From Candidatus Zestomicrobium tamdykulense (GTDB lineage Archaea > Thermoproteota > Thermoprotei_A > Sulfolobales > NBVN01): a stretch of DNA of 64,000 nt. Shown piece after piece: positions 34,147 through 43,226 of the stretch. Below the pieces are notes generated by a model that saw only the letters and a program-made list of their open reading frames with translations, ran no database searches and had not been told where the DNA came from. The DNA lies in the NCBI GenBank assembly GCA_039889305.1, contig JAVVFV010000002.1:6401-70400 (forward strand). The letters run 5' to 3'. The translations under genes and the position numbers were made by a program. The first letter of the stretch is position 1. The number at the start of each line of letters is the position of its first letter.

Positions 34147-35607
34147 TTAGGGCTTAAGCCACTCAACCTTATACTTAACCTCCATCGAGAGCATCCTATC
34201 CCATAACCTGTTTATGACTTTCTCCGCATAATCAATAACCTTATCTAGATCAACATTCACTAAGCGCTTCTCTTTAGTGATCCACTTACCCCTAACTAAG
34301 ACTCCCCACACGTCCTTACCACTGAACGTATTGACTAAATGCCCGTACACGGTCCTCTCGTCAAGCGGTGTATGCGTGAACTCAGACACCAATATAGTTA
34401 TGTCAGCATCCTTACCTACCTCTATAGAACCTACCTTATCATCAACGTTGAGGGCTTTAGCAGCGTCGATAGTAGCCATCTCAACAACCTTAAGGGGACT
34501 CATTAATCTCGGGTCCTTATTCACTACCTTATGCACTAAGTATGTTGACCTCATATTCTCGAAAACATCCATCACGTACCCATCATTACCTATACCTACA
34601 GTCATCCCTAACGACAACATCTTAGGTATTGGAGGAACTCCAACCCCGTTTATCATGTTACTCATAGCATTATGCGCTATCTTGACATCATACTGCTTCA
34701 GTATCATTAATTCATCCTCAGTAACCTGAACACCGTGAATAGCTAGAAACCTAGGTGATAAGAACCCTATATCTCTCAACCTCTCTACGGGCCTCTTACC
34801 GTAACGCTCGATATTATGGTAAACATCAATAAGACCTTCCTCCAAGTGCATAGCGTATATAGTCCCGTACTTATCAGCTAATTCCTTTGTTTTAATCAAG
34901 ACATCATCAGTAACGGTGAAGGAAGCGTGTAGAGTGAAAACACCCTTAACGTTACTATCAGGATTACTGTGAGTCTTCCTAACAAACCTTTCGTTCTCAG
35001 CTATACCTTCATAACCCTCACTCAAGCTCCTCCTTTGAGTTACTGAGAAACCTGCGAAACCTCTCAAACCAACTTCAGTAACTCCCTTCTCCACATAATC
35101 TAGTGAATTCTGAGTTATGTTAGGAGCATCTAGTAAGTCCTTAAAGAAAGTAGTTCCGGTTCTAGCGAAAAGCATGGATCCTAGCAAAGCACTAACATAC
35201 ACGTCATCGTATGTGAGGGATTCATCAAGTGCCCACCAAATCCTCTGCAAATTTTGCTGGAAATCTGACGGTGCCTCAATCACGCCAAACCACGGCGAAC
35301 CTGTTAAGAGGAGCCCGTAAAAATGTGTATGCGTACACACGAAACCCGGAGTCACGACACTCCTCCTTAACTCTACATATTCCTCAGCAACATACTTACT
35401 CCTACCATCACCGAAACCAGCATCAATGATCTTACCATCCCTAACAGCAACAAAACCCCGCGGAATAACGTCTCTCTTGGGATTCATTGTAACTATCAAA
35501 GCGTTATTTACTAGTAAATCTACCTTCTCCAAGTAAAACACACCATCAGAATAACTCCCTAAGGTAGTTTTAAATAAGTGTTTATATGTTTCAAAGAAAA
35601 CTCTCAA
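34147..35607 (-). CDS. SsnA-like amidohydrolase (chlorohydrolase/aminohydrolase superfamily)
   Basis: Metal motif PGFVCTHTHFYG. LQRIWWALDESLTYDDVYVSALLGSMLFARTGTT and GLRG..AENERF match my recollection of the SsnA-specific LWWrLDraL..iYySAL block. Also has HLEE and GNDG. The true start may be an internal GTG/TTG near ..GVFYLEKV. Confidence 0.65.
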   Translation of the reverse strand: MRVFFETYKHLFKTTLGSYSDGVFYLEKVDLLVNNALIVTMNPKRDVIPRGFVAVRDGKIIDAGFGDGRSKYVAEEYVELRRSVVTPGFVCTHTHFYGLLLTGSPWFGVIEAPSDFQQNLQRIWWALDESLTYDDVYVSALLGSMLFARTGTTFFKDLLDAPNITQNSLDYVEKGVTEVGLRGFAGFSVTQRRSLSEGYEGIAENERFVRKTHSNPDSNVKGVFTLHASFTVTDDVLIKTKELADKYGTIYAMHLEEGLIDVYHNIERYGKRPVERLRDIGFLSPRFLAIHGVQVTEDELMILKQYDVKIAHNAMSNMINGVGVPPIPKMLSLGMTVGIGNDGYVMDVFENMRSTYLVHKVVNKDPRLMSPLKVVEMATIDAAKALNVDDKVGSIEVGKDADITILVSEFTHTPLDERTVYGHLVNTFSGKDVWGVLVRGKWITKEKRLVNVDLDKVIDYAEKVINRLWDRMLSMEVKYKVEWLKP

Positions 35608-35666
35608 GAACTTTAGTAAATGCTTAGCTTAAATATTTAGATTACTTACGAAAATAATTTAAACTA

Positions 35667-36629
35667 CTATATAGGCAATACTGTAGTTCCTGAGAAACCC
35701 TTAATTACCTCGTAACCATTATATAGGTGGCCTATCATAGCTTTCTTACCGCCGTTCTTTATGAATCTTACTGCTGCTAATACTTTAGGTCCCATAGAAC
35801 CTGGTGCGAAGTGTCCTTCCTTATAGTACTCCTCTAATTCAGACACCATTACTACATCTAGCTTCTTCTGATTCGGCTTACCGAAGTTTAAGTATACTCC
35901 ATCAACATCTGTCAGAATCACGAAGGTCCCTACACCGAGGGAAGTAGCTAGGACCTCACCAGCTAAATCTTTATCAATTACTGCCTCAACACCTTGTAAA
36001 GTGTTGTCGTCATTTCTAACTATAGGTATCCCGCCACCACCGGAAGCTACAACTATCCATCCATCATCAACTAGTCTTTTTATAGCAGCTACCTCTACGT
36101 TGCTAAATGGGTTAGGTGATGGAACTACTCTCCTGTACCCACCTCTAGGGTCAGGTTTGAAGATCCAGCCTTTCTCAGCAGCTAACTTCTTAGCTTCCTC
36201 CTCAGTATACCAACTCCCCACATACTTAGTAGGATTACTCCACGCTGGATCATCTCGCCGTACCTCAACCTGATTAACTATGGCTACAGCCCCCTTAACA
36301 GAGTCTCTAATACCTTCCCTCACTAACACGTTATTTATTGATTGAACTAGTAGGTAACCTAACCATCCTTGAGTCATAGCGCCAGCTATATCCATAGTTA
36401 AGGGAGGTATCCTATCCTTAGATCTCTCCATCCACTCCAATATAATACCTACTTGAGGCCCGTTCCCGTGAGTAACGACAACCTTATATCCTTCCTTAAC
36501 TATCCTCACGATAATTTCTGCAGCTCTGTAAGCGTTTTTCCAGTAGTCTTCAGGAGTTCCTTTATCTCCTTTAGACTGGAACGCGTTACCACCTAACGCA
36601 ATCAGTATGTATTTCTCGTCTCTAGCCAA
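35667..36629 (-). CDS. arcC: Carbamate kinase
   Basis: ILIALGGNAF, VVTHGNGPQVG and ASGGGGIP, with the amino-acid-kinase fold order. 320 aa. Confidence 0.9.
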   Translation of the reverse strand: MARDEKYILIALGGNAFQSKGDKGTPEDYWKNAYRAAEIIVRIVKEGYKVVVTHGNGPQVGIILEWMERSKDRIPPLTMDIAGAMTQGWLGYLLVQSINNVLVREGIRDSVKGAVAIVNQVEVRRDDPAWSNPTKYVGSWYTEEEAKKLAAEKGWIFKPDPRGGYRRVVPSPNPFSNVEVAAIKRLVDDGWIVVASGGGGIPIVRNDDNTLQGVEAVIDKDLAGEVLATSLGVGTFVILTDVDGVYLNFGKPNQKKLDVVMVSELEEYYKEGHFAPGSMGPKVLAAVRFIKNGGKKAMIGHLYNGYEVIKGFSGTTVLPI

Positions 36630-36643
36630 CTACTCATAACACC

Positions 36644-37735
36644 TCATTCGTACCTGCTTCCCATAACCATAGCCATTACTGCTTTTTGTACATGAAGCCT
36701 ATTCTCTGCTTCCTCAAAGTAAAGTGATTTCTCGTAAGTGTCTAGTACCTCATCAGTTACTTCTTGTCCTCTGTCTGCCGGCCCGCAGTGCATGTAGTAC
36801 GGTTTTCCTGACTCTTCTAGAAGATCCATCGTTACTATCCAGTTCTTGAATTTGTTTTGATACTCCATAGCTTCCTCCTTACGTACTTTGCCGTCAGGAC
36901 TGTATGGTGGGAAGAATCCTTTAGGACTCCAAGCCTTCGGATACACGAACGTAGCACCCTCGAAAGCCTCCTTCATGTCGTAAGTTACCTTAACAGAACC
37001 TCCGTAACGGTCAGCCAACTCCCTAACCTTCTGCATTATGTTATCCATTAACTCAAATCCTGGTGGGTGAGCAATCCAGACCTCAGCACCCATCATAGCA
37101 GCCATAATAGCAACGTCTTGAGGAACAGCCAAAGGCTTAAGACCGCCGGAATACGCGTAAGAGACAACAAACTTCTTACCTCTTAAATTAGGTACTACGT
37201 CTAAAGCAGCCTTAATATCGGCTAGAGACTGGAACGGGTGGAATATGTCGTCCTCCATGTTAAGAACAGGTATGGTAGCCCACTTAGCAAACTCCTCAAT
37301 AACTCTGTGCCCCCTACCAATAATCCACTTAGCAGCATCAGCGTAAATTCTTATAGCTATACCGTTCCCGTACCTACTCAAAACCCTAGCAACATCACTT
37401 ATTGCTTCAGTCTTGTAAGGCTCCATGTCCTCAGGAAGTGTTGGTGTGTAGACGTCTTGAGGGCTCAGGAAATGAGCGTGACCACCCAACTGAGACATAC
37501 CCGCCTCAAAACTATTCCTAGTTCTTAAAGACCTATTATAGAATAACATGAAGAGTGTCTGACCCTGCAGGTAAGGTGTCGGGACCTTAGCCTTAAACTT
37601 CCTCTCCAAATCTTTCGCAGCCTCAATAATCAACTTTATGTCTTCTTGAGTCCTCTCTAGATTAGAAAGATAGTCCTGACCCTCCCAAATACCCACATAC
37701 CAGGGCTTACCCACGTACATCACCACATGACTCAT
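36644..37735 (-). CDS. Non-canonical (YgeW-like) carbamoyltransferase B
   Basis: The carbamoyl-phosphate motif is altered to SLRTR. Has HPFQSLAD, YAYSGGLKPLAVPQ, VYPKAWSP, KNWIVT and YMHCGPADRGQEV in place of HCLP. No DxxxSMG ornithine motif. Confidence 0.7.
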   Translation of the reverse strand: MSHVVMYVGKPWYVGIWEGQDYLSNLERTQEDIKLIIEAAKDLERKFKAKVPTPYLQGQTLFMLFYNRSLRTRNSFEAGMSQLGGHAHFLSPQDVYTPTLPEDMEPYKTEAISDVARVLSRYGNGIAIRIYADAAKWIIGRGHRVIEEFAKWATIPVLNMEDDIFHPFQSLADIKAALDVVPNLRGKKFVVSYAYSGGLKPLAVPQDVAIMAAMMGAEVWIAHPPGFELMDNIMQKVRELADRYGGSVKVTYDMKEAFEGATFVYPKAWSPKGFFPPYSPDGKVRKEEAMEYQNKFKNWIVTMDLLEESGKPYYMHCGPADRGQEVTDEVLDTYEKSLYFEEAENRLHVQKAVMAMVMGSRYE

Positions 37736-37839
37736 TAGTAATATTATCTTTTTAAACTTAGCTCCATTTATTCTAATAAAACGTTATTTTCATTAAGTAA
37801 ATAAAATTAATGTGGTTTTATACGAGTCTTAATTAAACG

Positions 37840-38874
37840 TTATTTGAGCCCAGCCATCGTGAGAGCTAAGACTGCCATCTTAGTCCATAAACCGTTTTCT
37901 GCTTGCTCGTAGAGAACAGACCTCGGACTATCAACTACTTCGTCATCAGCTTCAGCATTCCTGAAGATAGGCATAACATGCATTAAAACCCCGGACTTAT
38001 CCATGAGACTCATCAATTCTTTAGTGACTCTCCAGTCCTTGAATTTCTCGTAATTCTTTAGTTCTTCTTGACCATACTTACTATAACCTAACTCCTGAAG
38101 AGTTCTTGAAGCCCAGTTCCTCGGGAATACTGCGTGAGCCCCCCTCAAAGCCTCCCTGTAATCATTACTGAACTCAAGAACTGAACCTGAGTTCTTGGCG
38201 TTCTCCTTAGCCTGATCAACGATGTCAGGGAATAAATCGTAGCCAGGCGGATACACTACTGTGACGTCAACACCCATCCTAGTAAACATTATGAGATCCT
38301 CGTTAATACTGCAAGGACCCCTAACAACAGGAGAGTAAGCCCACATTATAACGTACTTCTTACCTCGAGGATTAGGGAATAATTCCTCGAAAGTCATGTA
38401 GTCTGCTAAAGCCTGTGTTGGGTGGAATTGATCATCGGCCATGTTAATCACAGGTATTTTAACGTGTTTAGCTACCTCACGTATTAACTGATTCCCCGCA
38501 CCATGCTTGTAATCTATAGCTTTATCAAGTATTCTTATACCTAAGCCGTGACCGTACCTCTCATACATCGTAGCAACGTCTTTAACTGCCTCACCCTCAC
38601 CAATACGTGTTTCCTGAGCTCCTATATACTGTGCGTGACCACCTAAGTAAGTCATACCAGCCTCGAAAGCTGCTCTAGTTCTTGTTGAACCAGCAAAGAA
38701 CAACATAAAGAAAGTTTTTCTTTCTAGAATAGGTGGTATTTTGCTCACACCGTAATAATGAGCAACCCACTTAAACTCCTTAGCGAGATTTAACGCTATC
38801 CTTAACTCATCAATACTCCACTCCTGAGTTGTTATTAAGTCTTTACCTGTTAACTCATAAACCAGGTTCCTCAA
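37840..38874 (-). CDS. Non-canonical (YgeW-like) carbamoyltransferase A
   Basis: STRTR, HPTQALAD, MWAYSPVVRGP, VFPRNWAS, KDWRVT and HVMP in place of HCLP. No DxxxSMG (OTC) and no ATCase-type Asp-binding motifs. Confidence 0.7.
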   Translation of the reverse strand: MRNLVYELTGKDLITTQEWSIDELRIALNLAKEFKWVAHYYGVSKIPPILERKTFFMLFFAGSTRTRAAFEAGMTYLGGHAQYIGAQETRIGEGEAVKDVATMYERYGHGLGIRILDKAIDYKHGAGNQLIREVAKHVKIPVINMADDQFHPTQALADYMTFEELFPNPRGKKYVIMWAYSPVVRGPCSINEDLIMFTRMGVDVTVVYPPGYDLFPDIVDQAKENAKNSGSVLEFSNDYREALRGAHAVFPRNWASRTLQELGYSKYGQEELKNYEKFKDWRVTKELMSLMDKSGVLMHVMPIFRNAEADDEVVDSPRSVLYEQAENGLWTKMAVLALTMAGLK

Positions 38875-39000
38875 GTTGGGTACCTCATATACGCACCTAA
38901 CACAAACATTAAAAACAATTATTTCATTGAATTGATGTTACTACTGAAAATACTTACTCAGAAAACCTAACTAGGGGTGTAATACCAAGTAAATTAATCG

Positions 39001-39507
39001 TTAACGCGTAGATCCCTGAGATAACACCCTGTTTTTTAGTCTTATGTACGTACTGCGTAGATCTTCAGGCATTACCTTAGTTCCAGCAATTACAGGCATG
39101 AAGTTAGTATCTCCTAACCATCTAGGAACCACGTGCACGTGAATATGTGACTCAATCCCTGCTCCAGCAACCCTACCCATATTTATTCCTATGTTGTAGC
39201 CCTGCGGGCCGTACTCTTGATCAATAGCCTTAATAACTCTGAAAAGAACATCAAACAAATCTAGAACCTCCTCATTCGTTAGTTGCTCAACCCTAGCAAC
39301 ATGCCTGACTGGCGCAATCATTACGTGCGCGGTGTTGTACGGGAATATATTAAGCATAGCGATGCTGTGTCTAGACCTCACCACGACGTAATTCTCGTCA
39401 TCACTGCCTCTAACAGCTTTACAGAATATACACTCCTCCGAAGAACCCTTAACTATGTAACTCATTCTCCAAGGAGCCCACAAAACCCTTAAATTTCGCC
39501 CACACAT
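39001..39507 (-). CDS. HIT-family nucleotide hydrolase/transferase
   Basis: Histidine triad HIHVHVVPR, preceded by CIFC and NIGINMG. Confidence 0.8.
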   Translation of the reverse strand: MCGRNLRVLWAPWRMSYIVKGSSEECIFCKAVRGSDDENYVVVRSRHSIAMLNIFPYNTAHVMIAPVRHVARVEQLTNEEVLDLFDVLFRVIKAIDQEYGPQGYNIGINMGRVAGAGIESHIHVHVVPRWLGDTNFMPVIAGTKVMPEDLRSTYIRLKNRVLSQGSTR

Positions 39508-39536
39508 AATACTCTCACTATCAGTAATAACTTACT

Positions 39537-40259
39537 TTAAGGAATTATGAGGTGAAGGAGAGATTCAGGAGTTATTAACGCCAACACATACCCAAACAAA
39601 TAAAACGTTATCTGAGGTAGTCCGGGAGTAACCCATACAATATCATCAGCTTTGAGGCTTCCTTTATCCAGCAATTCCTCAACGTTACTCTTTATCTTCC
39701 CCTCATAAGCATCATCCAGAGAAAACGACGCACGACACTCGAATAAGGCTTTCTGTGGATCCACAGGGATTGTGAGGAGATACGTGAATTTCGAGTAGAA
39801 GAATGAGTCTATATTTGCTGGGCGCCCTAACAGTAACAGTATTTTCTTACTACCCTTAATACACTTAAGCTTCTTATAATCATTAAGATGTCTTAAACCA
39901 TAAATTAAGTTACGTAGTATCAGCACTGCAGGAATAATTAACGAATATATGAGAGTTAAGTAAGTTAGTGGTTTAGGAAATATTTTTGGATGTGCTAGAG
40001 TTATTACTAGCAAAGCTAGGAAGTCAGCCCCACCCATCATATCAAGTACGGCGAAAACCAGAACTAAGAGAGCAGGTATTGAAGTTATTAATAGCTGTAG
40101 TGGGTTGTAATTACCGAACCATAAATTCAGTATCACTGAAAGTAAGCCTGCAGGAAGCCATACACGTACTCCTACTTCTCTAGTTCTAAGATCTAGTATG
40201 GACGCGTACAGGAGAGTAAGTAAGACAGCAGCAGTCAGCACTAGCTCCACAAGATACAT
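39537..40259 (-). CDS. A24-family type IV prepilin/preflagellin peptidase (PibD/FlaK-like)
   Basis: Polytopic membrane protein. The two catalytic-Asp contexts are ASILDLRTREV and MMGGADFLALL. Confidence 0.7.
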   Translation of the reverse strand: MYLVELVLTAAVLLTLLYASILDLRTREVGVRVWLPAGLLSVILNLWFGNYNPLQLLITSIPALLVLVFAVLDMMGGADFLALLVITLAHPKIFPKPLTYLTLIYSLIIPAVLILRNLIYGLRHLNDYKKLKCIKGSKKILLLLGRPANIDSFFYSKFTYLLTIPVDPQKALFECRASFSLDDAYEGKIKSNVEELLDKGSLKADDIVWVTPGLPQITFYLFGYVLALITPESLLHLIIP

Positions 40260-40261
40260 TC

Positions 40262-41233
40262 TTACTCCTCCGCATCCCTAATGCCTTCCTCAGCAATTAT
40301 GAAGACTGCTTCACCCTCCGGTAAGTGAGGAGCGTCAACAACTCTAGCTATCCTCTTATTACCTCTTCCTTTCCTTAACTGTATTCTCACACCAGGCGCG
40401 TGCGCTAGCACGTGACCTCCTACGGCCTGCGTTGGATCTCCGTAATAGAGATCTGGTCTAGCCATGACTTGATTAGTCACAACTACAGCTATGTCAAAGG
40501 CTTCAGCTATCCTAGCTAAGTCGTGTAGGTGCTTATTGAGTTTCTGTTGCCTGACAGCCAGAGTCTCTCTACCAGTGTATTCTGCTCTGAAGTGACTGAT
40601 GACTGAGTCTATTATGAGTAGCTTTATGTTCTCGTTAGGTAGTAACTCGTTAGTAGCTTCATCAACTAGAGATATCTGGTGATCACTGTTTATTGCTCTA
40701 GCCCATATAATGTTCCTCATAGCAACTTCAGGATCTAACCCAACACCCTTAGCCATAGCTTCTATCCTTTCCCACCGGAACGTGCCCTCAGTATCTATGT
40801 AGAGAGCCTTCCCGTTCAACCCACCACGCTCCTCAGGCAACTGAACATTAACTGCTAGCTGGTGACATATGTTTGTTTTGCCGGTCCCGTACTCCCCGAA
40901 GAGCTCAGTAATAGACTTAGTCTCAATACCTCCCCCGAGCAAAGCATCTAAGCTTTTTGAACCAGTAGTAATCCTTCCTATCTTAGCTCTCTCAATCCTT
41001 AACTCGAGAGCGGTCTTGAACTTAAGCCCGAGCAGATCCCTCGCTTTAATAATTATCCTCTGAGCTGTCGGCAACGGTATGCCAGCTATGCTAGCAAGCT
41101 CTGCTGAGTTAGCAGCAGCTATAGATTCAAGAGTCTTGAAACCCGCTTCAATCAGCTTAGAAAGAACTGTTGGTGTAAGCTCTAGATCCTCTATCGAAGC
41201 TATCTTCTTACTTGAAGATTTAAATTCTCCCAA
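40262..41233 (-). CDS. radA: DNA repair and recombination protein RadA
   Basis: N-terminal HhH domain, Walker [17 protein letters not shown] and Walker B LLIIDS. 323 aa, no intein. Confidence 0.95.
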   Translation of the reverse strand: MGEFKSSSKKIASIEDLELTPTVLSKLIEAGFKTLESIAAANSAELASIAGIPLPTAQRIIIKARDLLGLKFKTALELRIERAKIGRITTGSKSLDALLGGGIETKSITELFGEYGTGKTNICHQLAVNVQLPEERGGLNGKALYIDTEGTFRWERIEAMAKGVGLDPEVAMRNIIWARAINSDHQISLVDEATNELLPNENIKLLIIDSVISHFRAEYTGRETLAVRQQKLNKHLHDLARIAEAFDIAVVVTNQVMARPDLYYGDPTQAVGGHVLAHAPGVRIQLRKGRGNKRIARVVDAPHLPEGEAVFIIAEEGIRDAEE

Positions 41234-41360
41234 CCTAACCCACCATTTTCATAAGTTATTAACTACCTATTAAATACAACCACACATCAAAACACGAAAT
41301 CCTTAGATAGATCCACTACCTGATTTTAAGCCCTCATACTAGAATACTTGGGGTAAGTAA

Positions 41361-43106
41361 TTGAGGATATTACTAATACATGCTGAATTATTCACAACTA
41401 AAACAGTAGAGAAAGCACTTAAAGAAGCTGAGGAAATACCTAGTGAGTACTCTATCGAACTCAAGAATGTTTTAGTGGTTTTCACCACTATTGAGGAAGG
41501 AGACTCAAGAAACTCAATCAAGCTAGCGACAGATCTCGTGAAGGATCTTAAAGACCTAGTAATTAAGCTGAAACCTACAGCAATCGTTCTATACCCATAC
41601 GCACACCTATCAAGAAACCTAGCAAAACCCTACGAAGCTCTAGAAGTATTTAAGACCCTCGAGAAAGCCCTGCGAGAAGAAATCAAAGAAATACCTACGT
41701 ACCGAACACCATTCGGGTGGTACAAACAATTCACTATTAATTGTTACGGACACCCACTCTCAGAACTCTCAAGAGAGTATAAGGCTAAAGAAGAAATAAA
41801 GACCGCAGAACTTAATGAATGCTTCGTATATAGCAGAACCTCCGGCACACAAAAACTAATACCAGACTCAAAACACGTGAAAACAATGAAGTGGGTTCTG
41901 AGCAAGCACAGATGCGTAGACGTAGCTACAACACGATGGAAACCTAGTGAGAGAATCAACGAACTATTAAGTAAGTTCAAGTTTAAACTAGTAGAGGATG
42001 CTGGGTTAAGACTTCATAGATTAGGACCAGCAATAATTATTGAAGACAAACTACTTGAGTTAAGTGAATCAATCATTAATGAGCTTAGGGAACCACACGA
42101 CCTCCAAGGAGAGAAAATAATAACTCAAGGCTACTCAGAAAACACGGAAAGAAATGAAGAGTTCCTGTGTTTTACCACGACTGAAGATTTTAAACATTGT
42201 GTTAGTAGTGAAGCAACTTCAAACCACGTTAAGGTTCTGATGGAGTTAGAAGTCCTTAAAGAAAGGAGTAACTACTACCTCTACGAAGTAGCTAGCGTCT
42301 TAAAAGAGGCTAAACCAAGCGACTTCAGAAACTACTTAACGTGTTTGAGAAAACCACAACTAACGGTATTGTTGAGTAGTGAGAAGGAAGCCCTTAATCT
42401 GTTGAAGGATCTCCTAAACCACATACTGAAAAAACTAGAAAAAACTGAGTTATTAAACCACTTAATACCTGTCCTAGTAGTTAGTCAGAAAGTATTTGAG
42501 GAAGGTCTTCCGACCCCAATCAATGAAGTTTTAAACAAATTTTATGAGGAACTACTACTAGTAGTTAAGAAAAATAAGTCTTCCTGGGAATTAACAGTTG
42601 AGCTTTACTACGTAGACTCAACCGAAACACCAACATTGCTTACCAAGACTTCCTTAAGAATTCAGACTCACACCACCACAACACCTAGACACGAACACGT
42701 AATCACCCTATCATCAGAGTTGCTAGGACCTCTTGAAGTTCTTGCTTACGCCTTAATAGATAAAGCTTACAAAACAGAGCTAGCTGGTAAAACACCTTAC
42801 ATACCTGCGTTTCTGGCCCCCACGCAAGTTAGAATAATACCTGTGAGTAAGAATCATGCGGAGTATGCGGAGTTTATCGCAAGTAAGCTGCGTGCTACCG
42901 GGATTAGCGTAGATGTAGATCATAGGGAGGTAGGGTTAGGTAGAAAAATACGTGATGCAGGGATTAGTTGGATACCTTACGTAGTAGTAGTTGGTGATAG
43001 AGAAAAAGAAAGTGAGACAGTCAATGTGAGGATACGCAGCACTGGCTTACAGAAATCAATGAAAATTGATGAGTTCATAGAATTCCTAAAAATAAGTATT
43101 TCGTGA
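41361..43106 (+). CDS. Free-standing threonyl-tRNA synthetase editing subunit (ThrRS-ed): archaeal editing domain, degenerate class-II core, anticodon-binding domain
   Basis: N-terminal MRILLIHAE..VVFTTIEEGD archaeal-type editing domain. The middle region lacks recognisable class-II motifs 2 and 3. C-terminal VRIIPVS..GISVDVDHREVGLGRKIRDAGISWIPYVVVVGDRE is the HGTP anticodon domain. Confidence 0.75.
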   Translation: MRILLIHAELFTTKTVEKALKEAEEIPSEYSIELKNVLVVFTTIEEGDSRNSIKLATDLVKDLKDLVIKLKPTAIVLYPYAHLSRNLAKPYEALEVFKTLEKALREEIKEIPTYRTPFGWYKQFTINCYGHPLSELSREYKAKEEIKTAELNECFVYSRTSGTQKLIPDSKHVKTMKWVLSKHRCVDVATTRWKPSERINELLSKFKFKLVEDAGLRLHRLGPAIIIEDKLLELSESIINELREPHDLQGEKIITQGYSENTERNEEFLCFTTTEDFKHCVSSEATSNHVKVLMELEVLKERSNYYLYEVASVLKEAKPSDFRNYLTCLRKPQLTVLLSSEKEALNLLKDLLNHILKKLEKTELLNHLIPVLVVSQKVFEEGLPTPINEVLNKFYEELLLVVKKNKSSWELTVELYYVDSTETPTLLTKTSLRIQTHTTTTPRHEHVITLSSELLGPLEVLAYALIDKAYKTELAGKTPYIPAFLAPTQVRIIPVSKNHAEYAEFIASKLRATGISVDVDHREVGLGRKIRDAGISWIPYVVVVGDREKESETVNVRIRSTGLQKSMKIDEFIEFLKISIS

Positions 43107-43159
43107 AGAGAAATATTGTTGAGGCAGTAGGGAAATTTATAACTACCAAAAACCTCAAA

Positions 43160-43220
43160 TTATTAGTGATGAGTGTCGCCCAACTGACTAAATGATGCGG
43201 ATGAACCTCCACTGAGTTTA
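43160..43220 (+). ncRNA. C/D-box sRNA (2'-O-methylation guide)
   Basis: Box C GUGAUGA 43166-43172, 11-nt spacer GTGTCGCCCAA, box D' CUGA 43184-43187, 4-nt loop, box C' AUGAUGC 43192-43198, 13-nt spacer GGATGAACCTCCA, box D CUGA 43212-43215. This is the canonical archaeal layout, and it is intergenic. Confidence 0.6.
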
Positions 43221-43226
43221 TGCGTG

